A stretch of DNA of 64,000 nt from an uncultured Alphaproteobacteria bacterium (lineage in GTDB: Bacteria; Pseudomonadota; Alphaproteobacteria; Rhizobiales; Xanthobacteraceae): NCBI GenBank assembly GCA_963799475.1, contig CAWCXD010000006.1, positions 17,096 to 81,095 of the forward strand, read 5' to 3'. A model generated the notes under the pieces. That model worked only from the letters and a program-made list of their open reading frames with translations, did not search any database and was not told the DNA's origin. This document shows, one piece after another, positions 20,124 through 30,597 of the stretch. The position numbers and the translations under genes were made by a program. The stretch's first letter is position 1. Every line of letters begins with the position of its first letter.

Positions 20124-20169
20124 CGAATAGCGAACTTCCTCACTGGCTACTCACTACTCGCTATTCGCC
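20102..20169. repeat. Heptamer (GCGAATA) inverted-repeat array forming a hairpin between convergent genes
   Basis: GCGAGTG(GCGAATA)3GCGAA ... TACTCAC TACTCGC TATTCGC. Confidence 0.8.
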
Positions 20170-20171
20170 GT

Positions 20172-21530
20172 CTACCGTCCCCCGTCCGGCCCCATCACCA
20201 GATTGGGCAGCCATGTCGCGATTTCTGGCACGAAACACAGCAGGATCACGGCTACCAGCATCAAGAGCACGAATGGCAGCGTGCCCCAGATCACCTCGCT
20301 GAGCGGAATGTCGGGCGCGACATTACGGATCACGAAGAGATTCAAGCCCACCGGCGGGTGAATCAGGCCCATCTCCATCACGATGGTCATGACGACGCCA
20401 AACCAGATGATGTCGAAATTTGCGGCGCGCAGCGGCGGCAGGATGATCGGTGCGGTCATCAGGATGATCGAGACCGGCGGCAGGAAAAACCCGAGCACGA
20501 CGACCATGAGAAGGATCGCCGTCAGCAGCTCCCAGCGCGGCAGGTTCATCGCGACAACCGATTCAGCAGCCGATTGCGAGATATGCAGGTAACTCATGAC
20601 GTAAGAGTACAAGAGCGACATGCCGATGATCATCATCAGCATGGTGGACTCGCGGATGGTCGCTTTCAGGATCGGCGCCAGATCGGCCGGTCGCCATACG
20701 CCGTAAATGAGCGCGATCAATGCCAGGGCGAGCAGGCCGCCGAGACCCGCGGTTTCCGACGGCGTGGCGTAGCCGCCATAGAGCGCAACCATGACGCCGG
20801 TCAGCAGGATAACGAACGGCAGCACCCGAGGCAGAACGTTGAAGCGTTCCGCAAGCGAGAAGTCGTCGCGCTTGAGGATCGCCGACGTCGCGCCGGTCTG
20901 GCTGTAGAGCGCGTGCGCGGCGGCGTACTCCTTGCGAAACCGCATGACCGCATAGGCGCCGAACAACAAGACCAGTAGCAGCGCAGGTCCGATGCCGGCA
21001 AGGAACAGCCGTCCCAAAGACTTTTCCGCCGCCACTGCGAACAGGATCATGGTGATCGACGGCGGCAGCAGGATGCCGAGCGTGCCGCCCGCGGCGATGA
21101 TGCCGGCGGCCAATCCGCCGGAATAACCGCGCTTGCGCATTTCCGGAATGCCGGCCGATCCGATCGCCGAGCAGGTGGCCGGCGACGAACCGGCCATTGC
21201 CGCGAACAGGGCGCAGGCAAACACGTTGGCAACCCCGAGGCCTCCGGGCACCCGGTGCAGCCAGGCATGCAGCGCCGTGTAGAGATCCTGACCGGCTCTT
21301 GATCGGCCGATCGCGGCGCCCTTGAGGATGAATAGCGGGATCGCGAGCAAGGTGATCGAGGCCATTTCCTCGTAGACGTTCTGGGTAACGGTATCGAGCG
21401 AGGCCGCGGGCATGTAGATGCCCATGAACACCACAGCGACCGCGCCCAGCGCGAACGCGATCGGCATTCCTGAAAACATCGCAAATAGGGTGGCCAGACC
21501 GTAACTAATCCCAATCCCTAACACAGTCAT
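20172..21530 (-). CDS. TRAP transporter large permease (DctM)
   Basis: 'GTLGILLPPS', 'TPSETAG', 'IHPPVGLNLFV'. Confidence 0.92.
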   Translation of the reverse strand: MTVLGIGISYGLATLFAMFSGMPIAFALGAVAVVFMGIYMPAASLDTVTQNVYEEMASITLLAIPLFILKGAAIGRSRAGQDLYTALHAWLHRVPGGLGVANVFACALFAAMAGSSPATCSAIGSAGIPEMRKRGYSGGLAAGIIAAGGTLGILLPPSITMILFAVAAEKSLGRLFLAGIGPALLLVLLFGAYAVMRFRKEYAAAHALYSQTGATSAILKRDDFSLAERFNVLPRVLPFVILLTGVMVALYGGYATPSETAGLGGLLALALIALIYGVWRPADLAPILKATIRESTMLMMIIGMSLLYSYVMSYLHISQSAAESVVAMNLPRWELLTAILLMVVVLGFFLPPVSIILMTAPIILPPLRAANFDIIWFGVVMTIVMEMGLIHPPVGLNLFVIRNVAPDIPLSEVIWGTLPFVLLMLVAVILLCFVPEIATWLPNLVMGPDGGR

Positions 21531-22081
21531 CGGCGTGCCGGTCCTGTGAAGGGAATAACGACCTGGAGCAGGATCTGGGCACACAGCAGTGTCATGCCGA
21601 TCGCCATCAGGCCATACGGGATCGTCAGCGGCGGCGACCACATCGAATTCGATACTTGGCCGTCAACCCAGGCTTCATGGGTCAGCGTCCAGGATTTCCA
21701 GGCGAAGAACGCGCAGAACAGCAGGCTTGCCACGTCGACGAGCCACAGGCGGATGCGGTTCACGATCGGCGGCAGCAACCCGACGAATGCCTCGATACCG
21801 ATATGGCCGCGCTGGCTCTGCACATACGCCGCGGTCATGAAGGTGGCACCGACCAGCAGAAACACAGCCGCTTCGTCCTGCCAGTAATTCGGGCTGTGAA
21901 ACAAGGCCCGCCCTGCCACGCTATAGCTCAGAATTGCGCAGGCCGCGACCAGCGCCACGGCGCCTAGGACGACGATGATGTTGTTGCTAATCGCGAGGAC
22001 GCGCGCGGACGCTGCGACAAGCGGATGGCTCGTCGTGGCGTCCGAACGGTCATCTTGATCCGGAAGCGGACCAGCCATCAT
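21527..22081 (-). CDS. TRAP transporter small permease (DctQ)
   Basis: Four TM segments, 'WQDE', 'GHIGIE'. Confidence 0.88.
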   Translation of the reverse strand: MMAGPLPDQDDRSDATTSHPLVAASARVLAISNNIIVVLGAVALVAACAILSYSVAGRALFHSPNYWQDEAAVFLLVGATFMTAAYVQSQRGHIGIEAFVGLLPPIVNRIRLWLVDVASLLFCAFFAWKSWTLTHEAWVDGQVSNSMWSPPLTIPYGLMAIGMTLLCAQILLQVVIPFTGPARR

Positions 22082-23100
22082 GCGGAGACGTCGGTTGCCA
22101 GCTTCAGAAGCTTGGCCGAATTCGCGGTCTTCGCGCCGTAGTCCTTCCAGGCGGTATCGCGGGCAATATCGCGCCATTTGCCGACGGTGGCGAGATCAAG
22201 CGCACTGACCTTGGCGCCAGCTTTTTCGTAGACCTTGGCGACCTCGACGTCGTCGTCCTGCGCGCCTTTTCGACCGAAAACTTCGAGTTCGGAGCCGACC
22301 GTGCGGATGATGTCCTGCTGGTTTTTCGGCAGCGCATCGAAGATCGACTTCGACATCAGGAGTGGCTCGAGCATGAACCAGTAGGATGCCCCGGCGCCGG
22401 AGGTGAGGGATTTGGAGACTTCCTCGAGCCGGAACGAAATCAGGCTGGTGGACGAGGTGATGCCGGCATCGCAAGCACCGGTCTGCATGGCCGAATAGAT
22501 TTCGTTTGAGGGTACCGATAACACGGCCGCGCCGGCGGTCTGCAGCACCATGTCCATCTCGCGCGAGCCGCCGCGGACCTTGAGGCCCTTGGCGTCTTCC
22601 GGAGCGACGATGGCGCGCGACCGACTGGCAACCCCGCCGGCCTGCCAGACCCAGGTGAGGATGATGATGCCCTTATCGGCCAGGAAATCCGTCAATGCCT
22701 TGCCGATCGGTTCGCTCTTCCATCGCATGCCCTGATCGTAGGTCTCGACCAGGCCAGGCATCAGGCCGATATTGGTTTCCGGCAACTCGCCACCGGCATA
22801 GGGAAGCGGATAAAGGCTGATATCGAGCGCGCCTTTGCGCATCGCCGAGAACTGTGCGTTGGTTTTGATCAGCGACGAGTTCGGATAGATTTCAGCGGCA
22901 ATCTCACCGCCGCTGCGCTTGGTCACTTCGGCGGCGAACACGCGGGTAAGCCGATCGCGGAAATCTCCTTTGTCGATCGTGCCGCCGGGAAATTGGTGAG
23001 ATATCTTGAGCGTCGTGGCGGCATGCGCCGTTCCGGTCCCGAAGCGCAGGATAGCGGGCGCGGCAACCGCGGATATGAGGACGTGGCGGCGAGTAATCAT
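22078..23100 (-). CDS. TRAP substrate-binding protein (DctP) with Tat-like signal
   Basis: 'TRRHVL' N-terminus, 'PEDAKGLKVR', 'EIYSAMQTG'. Confidence 0.9.
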   Translation of the reverse strand: MITRRHVLISAVAAPAILRFGTGTAHAATTLKISHQFPGGTIDKGDFRDRLTRVFAAEVTKRSGGEIAAEIYPNSSLIKTNAQFSAMRKGALDISLYPLPYAGGELPETNIGLMPGLVETYDQGMRWKSEPIGKALTDFLADKGIIILTWVWQAGGVASRSRAIVAPEDAKGLKVRGGSREMDMVLQTAGAAVLSVPSNEIYSAMQTGACDAGITSSTSLISFRLEEVSKSLTSGAGASYWFMLEPLLMSKSIFDALPKNQQDIIRTVGSELEVFGRKGAQDDDVEVAKVYEKAGAKVSALDLATVGKWRDIARDTAWKDYGAKTANSAKLLKLATDVSA

Positions 23101-23424
23101 GGGGTTTCTCCCTGAGGTAGTTTTGATTGCACGGCTTTGACTGGCCGGCATCTTTAACCGTCTTCGCCCGGATTTTCTCTAGTCTGATAGTTCGAGGCCA
23201 GGCTCATCAAGGCATTGTTGTGTCGCAACTTTGCCTCAGAATTGCACGGAAATTCCACGAAAAAAAGACGCATGGACCTGTTTTCTGAACTCCGGGGCAC
23301 GCGTTATCACCCGTTGGTGAAAACGAAATTATTTCGCATGGCCGGTAACAAAATCCCGGTGGAATCGTTGAATAAGGATGCGACGCCAGTCGCTGTCAAA
23401 CCGTTTCGAAGGGATCAACTGTCC

Positions 23425-23670
23425 ATGACCATTAGCACCCGTATCGCGCTCGGAGTTTCGGCCGCCGCTCTCTCGCTCAGCTTGGCTTTGGCCCCCGCAG
23501 CGTTCGCCCAGGACAAGATGGGCAGCGACAGCATGAAGAAGGACTCGATGTCCAAGGACTCGATGTCCAAGGACTCGATGAAGAAGGACACCATGTCCAA
23601 GGACAGCATGAAGAGCGGCGATGGCATGATGAAGAAGGACTCGATGTCCAAGGACACCATGAAGAAGTAA
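23425..23670 (+). CDS. Secreted pentapeptide MXKDX repeat protein
   Basis: Signal peptide followed by tandem MKKDS/MSKDS/MSKDT repeats. Confidence 0.9.
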   Translation: MTISTRIALGVSAAALSLSLALAPAAFAQDKMGSDSMKKDSMSKDSMSKDSMKKDTMSKDSMKSGDGMMKKDSMSKDTMKK

Positions 23671-23690
23671 CAACCAACCCGCACTGTTTT

Positions 23691-23721
23691 GCAGGCCCGT
23701 CTCAACCCGAGGCGGGCCTGT
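23691..23721. terminator. Stem-loop terminator between convergent genes
   Basis: GCAGGCCCGTCTC / GAGGCGGGCCTGT stem. Confidence 0.65.
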
Positions 23722-23782
23722 CCTGTTTCCGGACCCGACGCAGTCTTGAGGCGTGGGTTGTCGAATTTGTCGGCTGAAGCGC

Positions 23783-24130
23783 CTACTTTTTTCGTTTCTT
23801 GCGGGCGGCGTAGCGTGCGTCTCGGGCTGCCTTCCGTTCCGCTTCGAGGGTCAGTTCGCGGGCGGCAGCTTCTTCCTTTTCGCGCGCGAGCTGGGCCGCG
23901 GCGGCTGCCGCCGCCTCTTCCTCAAGCCGCTTCTGCTCGGCCTTCGCTGCTTCGCGCGCCTCTTTAATCTTGGCGCGCGCTGCGGCTTGCGCTTCGCGTT
24001 CAGCCCGTCGCTGCATCACGGCCGGATCATCGGGGCCCGGCTGGGCGCGAAACTTGTTCAGGATGTTTTGCCTGGCTTGCTGAGCGGCCTTCTGACGGTC
24101 GGCAAAGCTAGGCTGCTTGAATCCACTCAT
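23783..24130 (-). CDS. DUF6481-like helical Ala/Glu/Arg-rich protein
   Basis: 'FADRQKAA', ends 'KAARDARYAARK'. Confidence 0.8.
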   Translation of the reverse strand: MSGFKQPSFADRQKAAQQARQNILNKFRAQPGPDDPAVMQRRAEREAQAAARAKIKEAREAAKAEQKRLEEEAAAAAAAQLAREKEEAAARELTLEAERKAARDARYAARKKRKK

Positions 24131-24529
24131 AGATATAATGCCTTGTCACTTTCATAGTTTGTGGTGAGACGATGCTGTGGCTAGAAGGCCGATTTCACGT
24201 CGCGTCAGCGCGGGACAAAGACGCCCGCATGATGATGAGCCGCTTGTACCTCCGGGCGCGCAGAGAAGTCACCAATTATCCGCTAACCAGCACCATGTCG
24301 CGCGAAAACTGGTGTTTCGGCTGCTTCCAATTGGCGCGATATGCCCTTGGAACCGGGTACCATGAGCGGGTCTGCAGTGGGCAGGACGAGGCGGCCATAA
24401 CCGGATCTGACTTTGGCTCGATCGAAAACCCCTGTATGTATCGTCGTTTAGACGGACCATTTAAACATTTGCCTCGTAAACCGTTCCAAGCTCCCTGGAC
24501 GTCGGGTACGGCGCGCGCGAGCGATTTGC

Positions 24530-25333
24530 ATGAAGCGATTCCAACGCCGAAGTCGCTGGCTCCTGATTCTCGCGATGGTGGCTGTTGCCTATTTCATGCT
24601 GGCTTATGTCGTACTGCCGATACTCTGGAGCCATCACGAGCGTGAACCTGGCCTGGCGTCCCTGTCGATGGTGACGCGCACCGGTACGGGCATTCCCGGA
24701 GACCCGCTCAATGTCGGGCTGGTCGGTGGCGAGGAAGACATCCTGCGTGCCATGCACGCAGCGGGCTGGTTTCCAGCCGATCCCGTGACGTTGCGCACCA
24801 GCATCAAGATCGTCGGCAGCGTGGTGCTTGACCGGCCATACCACGATGCGCCTGTCAGTCCGCTGTTCTACGAAGGTAAAAAAGAACAGCTTGCGTTCGA
24901 AAAGCCGGATGGTAGGAGCGCTGACCGGCGACATCACGTTCGTCTATGGCTGGTGCTTCAAAAGGGCACGGATGATCGACCGGTCTGGCTCGGAGCCGTG
25001 ACATTCGATCGCGGGGTAGGCCTAAGCCACTACACCGGGCAGATTACCCATCATATCGGCCCAGACATCGACGCCGAACGTGACTTGCTGATGCAGGATT
25101 TGAGCAAAGCCGGGATGGTCGAGGCGGTGTTTCAGATTTCGGGAATTGGTCCGACGCTGTTCGGACGGAATGGCGGGGGCGATCCCTATCATACGGATGG
25201 CGAAATCGCTGTCGGCAGTCTGGTGGTCAACGGCGTCAGGCGGACGGCGCCGCCGGCGCTGCTGCCGCCGCCGCCGCTGATCGCGCTGAAGGATCAGATT
25301 TGGCACAATGTCAGCAATGCGATAGGCCCATGA
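24530..25333 (+). CDS. LssY C-terminal domain protein
   Basis: 'GDPLNVGLVG', 'RHHVRLW', 'WLGAVTFDRG', 'HHIGPDIDAERD'. Confidence 0.85.
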   Translation: MKRFQRRSRWLLILAMVAVAYFMLAYVVLPILWSHHEREPGLASLSMVTRTGTGIPGDPLNVGLVGGEEDILRAMHAAGWFPADPVTLRTSIKIVGSVVLDRPYHDAPVSPLFYEGKKEQLAFEKPDGRSADRRHHVRLWLVLQKGTDDRPVWLGAVTFDRGVGLSHYTGQITHHIGPDIDAERDLLMQDLSKAGMVEAVFQISGIGPTLFGRNGGGDPYHTDGEIAVGSLVVNGVRRTAPPALLPPPPLIALKDQIWHNVSNAIGP

Positions 25334-25586
25334 GGTGCCCAGTCGATCTCAGGGGCCATCGGTAGTATGATCTGACGTAGCGCGCGATACGAGCATAGAC
25401 GGTCTCCGGGGCCTTGAAGCTGGCGATCAGACGGCCGTTCTGTTAAGAGTTTTTCAGGCTAAAACGCCATTTAATGCCGTTCGGGAAATCGCCGATCGCG
25501 CGACAAACCTCCCGAACGTGAACTTGTCTGGGCCTTCATATCCCGCACACAGGGCACCATTGTGCCGCGTGAGCCATGGGTCTGTC

Positions 25587-28500
25587 ATGACGGGTATCTC
25601 GGAGTGGCTAGCATCGATTGGTCTGGCGGAGTACGCTCAACGTTTCGGCGAGAACGCCATTGATCTTTCGGTTGTACGCGATCTGACCGAGCAGGACCTC
25701 AAGGATCTCGGCGTTCTGCTTGGCCACCGACGCAAGATGCTGCGCGCGATCTCGGAGCTTAAGGGAGGCATTCCCGTTGCTCCGCAAGCCGGCGCCAGGC
25801 CGGTGCCGCGCGACGGCGCCGAACGGCGCCAACTGACGGTGATGTTCTGCGATCTGGTGGGCTCGTCCGCACTTTCCGCCCGGCTCGATCCGGAGGATTT
25901 GCGGACTGTCATCGGCGCCTATCACGCCTGCATTGCCGAAATAATCGCCTGCAACCAGGGCGTCATCGCTCGCTACATGGGGGACGGCGCGCTGGCCTAT
26001 TTCGGTTATCCTCAAGCGCACGAGGACGATGCCGAGCAGGCGACGCGCGCGGGGTTGGCGCTGGTGGAGGCGGTAGCCAATCTCCACACTGATATCGGCG
26101 CTGAACTGCAGGTTCGCGTCGGCATTGCGACCGGCATGGTGGTCGTCGGCGATTTGACCGGTGAAGGCGCAGCCAAGGAGCAGGCGGTTATTGGCGAGAC
26201 GCCGAACCTCGCGGCGCGCCTGCAGGCGTTCGCCAATCCGGACACGGTACTGATTTGCGAGAGCACGCACCGACTGATTGATGGGCATTTCGAATGCCGC
26301 AACCTCGGACCGGTCATGTTGAAGGGCTGGGCGGAGCCGATGTCAACGTGGCAGGTGGTGGGCACGAGTGAAGTAGAGAGCCGCTTCGAAGCGCAGCACA
26401 GAACCCGGTTGAACGCGCCGATCGGCCGGGACGAGGAGATCGAGCTGCTGTTGCGGCGCTGGCAGCACGTCAAACGCGGCGAAGGCTGCGTTGTGGTGCT
26501 GAGCGGAGAACCGGGTATCGGCAAGTCGCATATCGCCCTGGCGATTCAGGAGCGGCTGCATGCCGAACCTCACACCACGGTGCGCCAATTCTGTTCGGCG
26601 CACCACACCAACAGCGCGCTGTTTCCATTCATCCGCGGGCTCGAACGGGCGGCCCGGTTCCAGCGCGGTGATACGCCGGCGGAGAAGTTCGCCAAGCTTG
26701 AGGCAGTGCTGGTGCGGTCCGGCGCCAACGCGCACCAGGTAGTACCTCATCTGGCCAACCTTCTATCGTTGCCGCCCGATGACCGCTACCGCCTTCCGGA
26801 GCTGAGCCCGCAGAAACGCAAGGAGATGACGCTGGCGGCGTTCTTGGCTCAACTCAACGGGCTGGCTGCGCGGCAACCTGTTTTTATCATCTTCGAGGAT
26901 ATCCACTGGGCGGATCCGACCTCGCTGGAGTTGCTCACCGTTACATTGGAGCAGATACCGCGGCTTCGGGTGCTGCTGCTCATCACCGCCAGACCGGAGT
27001 TTACGCCTCCCTGGCCAGGTCATGCGCATGTGACAACGCTCTCGCTCACCCGCCTCAACCGGCGCAACGGGGCGGCGTTAGTTGAGCGCGTCACCGCCGG
27101 CAAGACGCTGCCCGAGGAGGTGATGAACCAGATCCTTGCCCGTACCGACGGCGTGCCCCTATTCGTTGAGGAACTGACCAAGACAGTGCTCGAAACCGGG
27201 CTGTTACAGGAGCGGGACGATCACTACGTTCTCAATCGACCGCTGCCCTCGATGGCTATTCCGACCACCCTGCATGCATCGCTGATGGCAAGGCTTGACC
27301 GGTTGGCACCGGTAAGGGAGGTGGCCCAGATCGGTGCCGTGGTCGGACGCGAATTTTCCTACGAATTGCTGAACACCGTCGCCGGATTGCCCAGGCAGAG
27401 GCTTGAAGAGGCGCTTGCCGAGTTGGTTCGGTCCGAACTGATCTTCTGCCGCGGCGAGGCTCCCCAGGCAATTTATACGTTCAAGCACGCGCTCGTGCGA
27501 GATGCTGCTTACTCCGGACTGCTGAAGACCAGGCGGGCCGCGCTGCATGCCACCATCGCGGATGCGTTCGAGCAACGGTTTCCGGAGATCGTGGAAGCGC
27601 AACCTGAGACGCTCGCGCACCACCTTGCGGAGGCAGGCCTGTTCGAGAAGGCGGCTGGATATTGGCTGCAGGCCAGCAGGAAAGCCGCGACGCGTTCGGC
27701 CAATCTGGAGGCGATCGCCCATGCGCAGCGAGGCATCGAGGCGTTGGGCCACTTGGCCGACGGTCCGGCAAAGGACCGGCGGGAGCTCGATTTCCAGCTT
27801 GCACTTGGACCCTGCCTGATCGCGATCCAGGGGCCGGCCTCGAACAAGGCGATGGCGACCTTCGCGCGCGCGCGCGAGCTGTGCGAGCGGCTCGGCGATC
27901 CGCCGGAGCATCTTCAGGTGATGTTCTGGTTGACCACTGCGAGCGTCATCCGGGGCGAATTGCCGCTGGCCGAGGAAACGATCGGCGCGCTGCTTCAGAT
28001 CGCCGAATCGCGCGCCGATCGGCCGGCGCTGCTCAACGCGATGCGCGGACAGGCCATGATCCGGCTTTTCATGGGACATCCCGCCAGTGCCCTTGAAGCG
28101 CTTGAATTGGCAATCGATTCCTTCAATGCGAGCAGCGAGGAACAGAGGCTGGCGGCGCGCGCGGCCGGTCAGGATGCGGCTGTGGCCGACCTCGCGCTGA
28201 TGTCATGGGCGCTTTGGCTGCTTGGTGGCGTCGACACGGCGGTCGCGAAATTGAACATCGCGATCGAGCGCGCCGATGCGATCGATCACCCCCATTCGCA
28301 GGCCTACGCCTGTTACTATGCCTCGGTTCTCCACGCGCTTCGCGGCGAGACGCCGGCTGCGCAGGGATACGCCGAGCGCTGCCTGGCCTTGTCAGACGAG
28401 CATGGTTTTCGGCAGTGGCGCGGCTTGGCGCACGCCATCCGGGGCATCTGCGTGACCTTGCTCGATCCGTCGTCCAGTGCACTCGAGGAAGTTCGGGCCG

Positions 28501-28946
28501 CGCTGGATGAGTATCGCGGCGCAGGCCATCAGCTTGGCATCACCGCGCTCTATGTGCTGCTGTGCCAGGCGTTGCTGCTGACCCATAAATACGAGGCGGC
28601 GCTGGATCTGATCGAGCAGGGGTTCGTAACGGCAGGCCGCAACAGCGAGCGGATATTCGAGGCCGAACTGTACCGGCTGAAGGCCCGTGTGCTGCTCGCC
28701 CGCGGCGGTTCGGATGCCAAGGGCGCCGCACAAGCCTTGCTCGAACAGGCCTTGGCAACGGCGAGAGGCCAACAGGCGCGAAGCCTTGAGCTTCGCGCCG
28801 CGAGCGACCTTGCTGCCTTGTGGAACGAACAGGGCAGGCGCGAAGAAGCGCGCGACTTTCTTGCGCCCGTTTATGCCGGGCTCTCTGAGGGCTTCGCGAC
28901 ACGGGATGCAAAGGAGGCGAAGGCGTTGCTCGACGAACTGCGGTAG
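25587..28946 (+). CDS. SAM - class III adenylate/guanylate cyclase - STAND AAA ATPase - TPR protein
   Basis: SAM 'LGHRRKMLRAI'; cyclase 'VMFCDLVGSS', 'YMGDG', 'NLAARLQ'; Walker A 'GEPGIGKS'; Walker B 'IIFEDIHW'; helical C-terminus. Confidence 0.92.
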   Translation: MTGISEWLASIGLAEYAQRFGENAIDLSVVRDLTEQDLKDLGVLLGHRRKMLRAISELKGGIPVAPQAGARPVPRDGAERRQLTVMFCDLVGSSALSARLDPEDLRTVIGAYHACIAEIIACNQGVIARYMGDGALAYFGYPQAHEDDAEQATRAGLALVEAVANLHTDIGAELQVRVGIATGMVVVGDLTGEGAAKEQAVIGETPNLAARLQAFANPDTVLICESTHRLIDGHFECRNLGPVMLKGWAEPMSTWQVVGTSEVESRFEAQHRTRLNAPIGRDEEIELLLRRWQHVKRGEGCVVVLSGEPGIGKSHIALAIQERLHAEPHTTVRQFCSAHHTNSALFPFIRGLERAARFQRGDTPAEKFAKLEAVLVRSGANAHQVVPHLANLLSLPPDDRYRLPELSPQKRKEMTLAAFLAQLNGLAARQPVFIIFEDIHWADPTSLELLTVTLEQIPRLRVLLLITARPEFTPPWPGHAHVTTLSLTRLNRRNGAALVERVTAGKTLPEEVMNQILARTDGVPLFVEELTKTVLETGLLQERDDHYVLNRPLPSMAIPTTLHASLMARLDRLAPVREVAQIGAVVGREFSYELLNTVAGLPRQRLEEALAELVRSELIFCRGEAPQAIYTFKHALVRDAAYSGLLKTRRAALHATIADAFEQRFPEIVEAQPETLAHHLAEAGLFEKAAGYWLQASRKAATRSANLEAIAHAQRGIEALGHLADGPAKDRRELDFQLALGPCLIAIQGPASNKAMATFARARELCERLGDPPEHLQVMFWLTTASVIRGELPLAEETIGALLQIAESRADRPALLNAMRGQAMIRLFMGHPASALEALELAIDSFNASSEEQRLAARAAGQDAAVADLALMSWALWLLGGVDTAVAKLNIAIERADAIDHPHSQAYACYYASVLHALRGETPAAQGYAERCLALSDEHGFRQWRGLAHAIRGICVTLLDPSSSALEEVRAALDEYRGAGHQLGITALYVLLCQALLLTHKYEAALDLIEQGFVTAGRNSERIFEAELYRLKARVLLARGGSDAKGAAQALLEQALATARGQQARSLELRAASDLAALWNEQGRREEARDFLAPVYAGLSEGFATRDAKEAKALLDELR

Positions 28947-28974
28947 TACTCCAATACACGGTCACAAAGCGACG

Positions 28975-30276
28975 CTATCTCGCCGTTTGCTCCAGATATT
29001 TGAATTTATCCCGCATTCCCTGCCATTCCGGGTCTTGTTCCGGCCTCTCGTTGATGAAGCGGACCTCTTTGTTCTGGGCTCTGCTTTTGGCGCCCGCTGC
29101 GCGATAGGCCGCGATAGCCTGTTGTGTAGCGGCTCTCCCCAATTCCCGGCCGTTATCCAGGTTGCTGTGGTTCCATTTGAAGTTGATATGGCCCGGTACG
29201 TGAATCTCGACGAGCGTGCCGGTCCACGGCTTTCCGCCATCTTTGGGATGATCGTACCGGACATGATACTTGAACAGCTTGACGTCGTCCTCGCCGACAG
29301 TCGCGGCAAACAGCTGGCAAAGGTTGGCCAGTGAATCATGAAGATTCTCCGGTTTGCGGATTTGCTTGGAATCAACGATCCGGCTCACCCATATTTCGTC
29401 CAGATCGGGATGCTCTTCGAGCAGGGTCTCGAAGTTGACGGTATCGACCAGCGCGCCTTCGCAATATGTCACGCCCCTGATGGCGACGGTTTGCTCGACG
29501 AAAGGCAGTGCCGAACACGCGCATAGGGTCGACGCATCGATCGGGCCCCGACGCAATTTGCTTTTCATCGGCTTGTTGGAAAAGAAGGCCAATTCCTGCT
29601 TGTCGAGATTCCACGCATTGTGAAAGAGGAAAGGCTTCTCCGTTTCCTTCTGTCCGCCGTTCTTTTTCTTTTTGTCGAACAGGTTCTCGAATTTGATGCG
29701 CTTCATGAACTCGCTGTTCGGATAGTTGATCCTCGATAGTCCGGTGATGTTGGACAGGTACATCATGGAGGTCAGATAACGGATGAAGGGATTGGGCGCC
29801 ATCGCGTGATTGAGGATCCATCCATTGATGTCTCCTTCATCCAGTGTCCGGAACTTCTTGTCTGGGCCGGGCATGTGATCGAGCAGGAGCGACATGGAAT
29901 CCTGAAAGGAATTCAGCATTCGGTACGGATCCCAGGCGAAATCCCGATAATTATCGGCGTTGGTTACGAATTGATTCAGCGCCTTAATGTTGTTGCGCCA
30001 GTCCGCTCCGAAGACGGTATTTATTGGAAAGCGTTCGTAGCTCTCGTCGTCCCGAAAAACAAAGTCTTTGAAAAATCTGTAGGTTTGTTCGACATGGTCG
30101 TCGTCAAACTGATTGTAGACGATCCCGACCCAGGCGCCGATGCAGGACAACGCCCATACGTCAAAGGTTATGTCCTCATCGGCCAGCGCCTCCAATACCC
30201 CGATGTGCAGGCCTGCTGCTGGCCCTCCACCGCCGAGCGTAATGGCTCTTTTCGGAGTCTTTGCTGAATCCGCCAT
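28975..30276 (-). CDS. Patatin-like phospholipase family protein with atypical catalytic motifs
   Basis: 'AITLGGGGPAAGLHIGVL', 'LSCIG', 'ACSALPF', 'YCEGAL'. Confidence 0.8.
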   Translation of the reverse strand: MADSAKTPKRAITLGGGGPAAGLHIGVLEALADEDITFDVWALSCIGAWVGIVYNQFDDDHVEQTYRFFKDFVFRDDESYERFPINTVFGADWRNNIKALNQFVTNADNYRDFAWDPYRMLNSFQDSMSLLLDHMPGPDKKFRTLDEGDINGWILNHAMAPNPFIRYLTSMMYLSNITGLSRINYPNSEFMKRIKFENLFDKKKKNGGQKETEKPFLFHNAWNLDKQELAFFSNKPMKSKLRRGPIDASTLCACSALPFVEQTVAIRGVTYCEGALVDTVNFETLLEEHPDLDEIWVSRIVDSKQIRKPENLHDSLANLCQLFAATVGEDDVKLFKYHVRYDHPKDGGKPWTGTLVEIHVPGHINFKWNHSNLDNGRELGRAATQQAIAAYRAAGAKSRAQNKEVRFINERPEQDPEWQGMRDKFKYLEQTAR

Positions 30277-30597
30277 CTGAACCCCCTTTGATATGTTTTT
30301 AAATTAAATTCGCGCCAATTAAATATTCAAAGCTGGCGACGGGTTAGGTTAATTCTTTTTGGTGTGATTGAAAAGCTACCGGTTGTGCTGTCAGTCGTAT
30401 GCGTTTTCCGGTCATGAAGATCGAGTATGACAGCAACGCTGACGCTGATAGGCGATGAGCAGTGGCGAGAGATTCGATGATGTTAGTTCATCGGAGGCGT
30501 CGCGCCGCTGCACAGCCCGAAAACCACGGCCGGGCGTCCCAAGAACAGCCCTGACGCTGACCTAAGCAAGCGGGCTTCGGTAGTGGCCGGATTTCTT

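Noticed and set aside
23530-23670. 15-bp tandem repeats
   Set aside because: Explained by the known MXKDX pentapeptide protein
30414-30458. MKIEYDSNADA resembling a DUF2283 start
   Set aside because: Only 14 codons; too short to support a call
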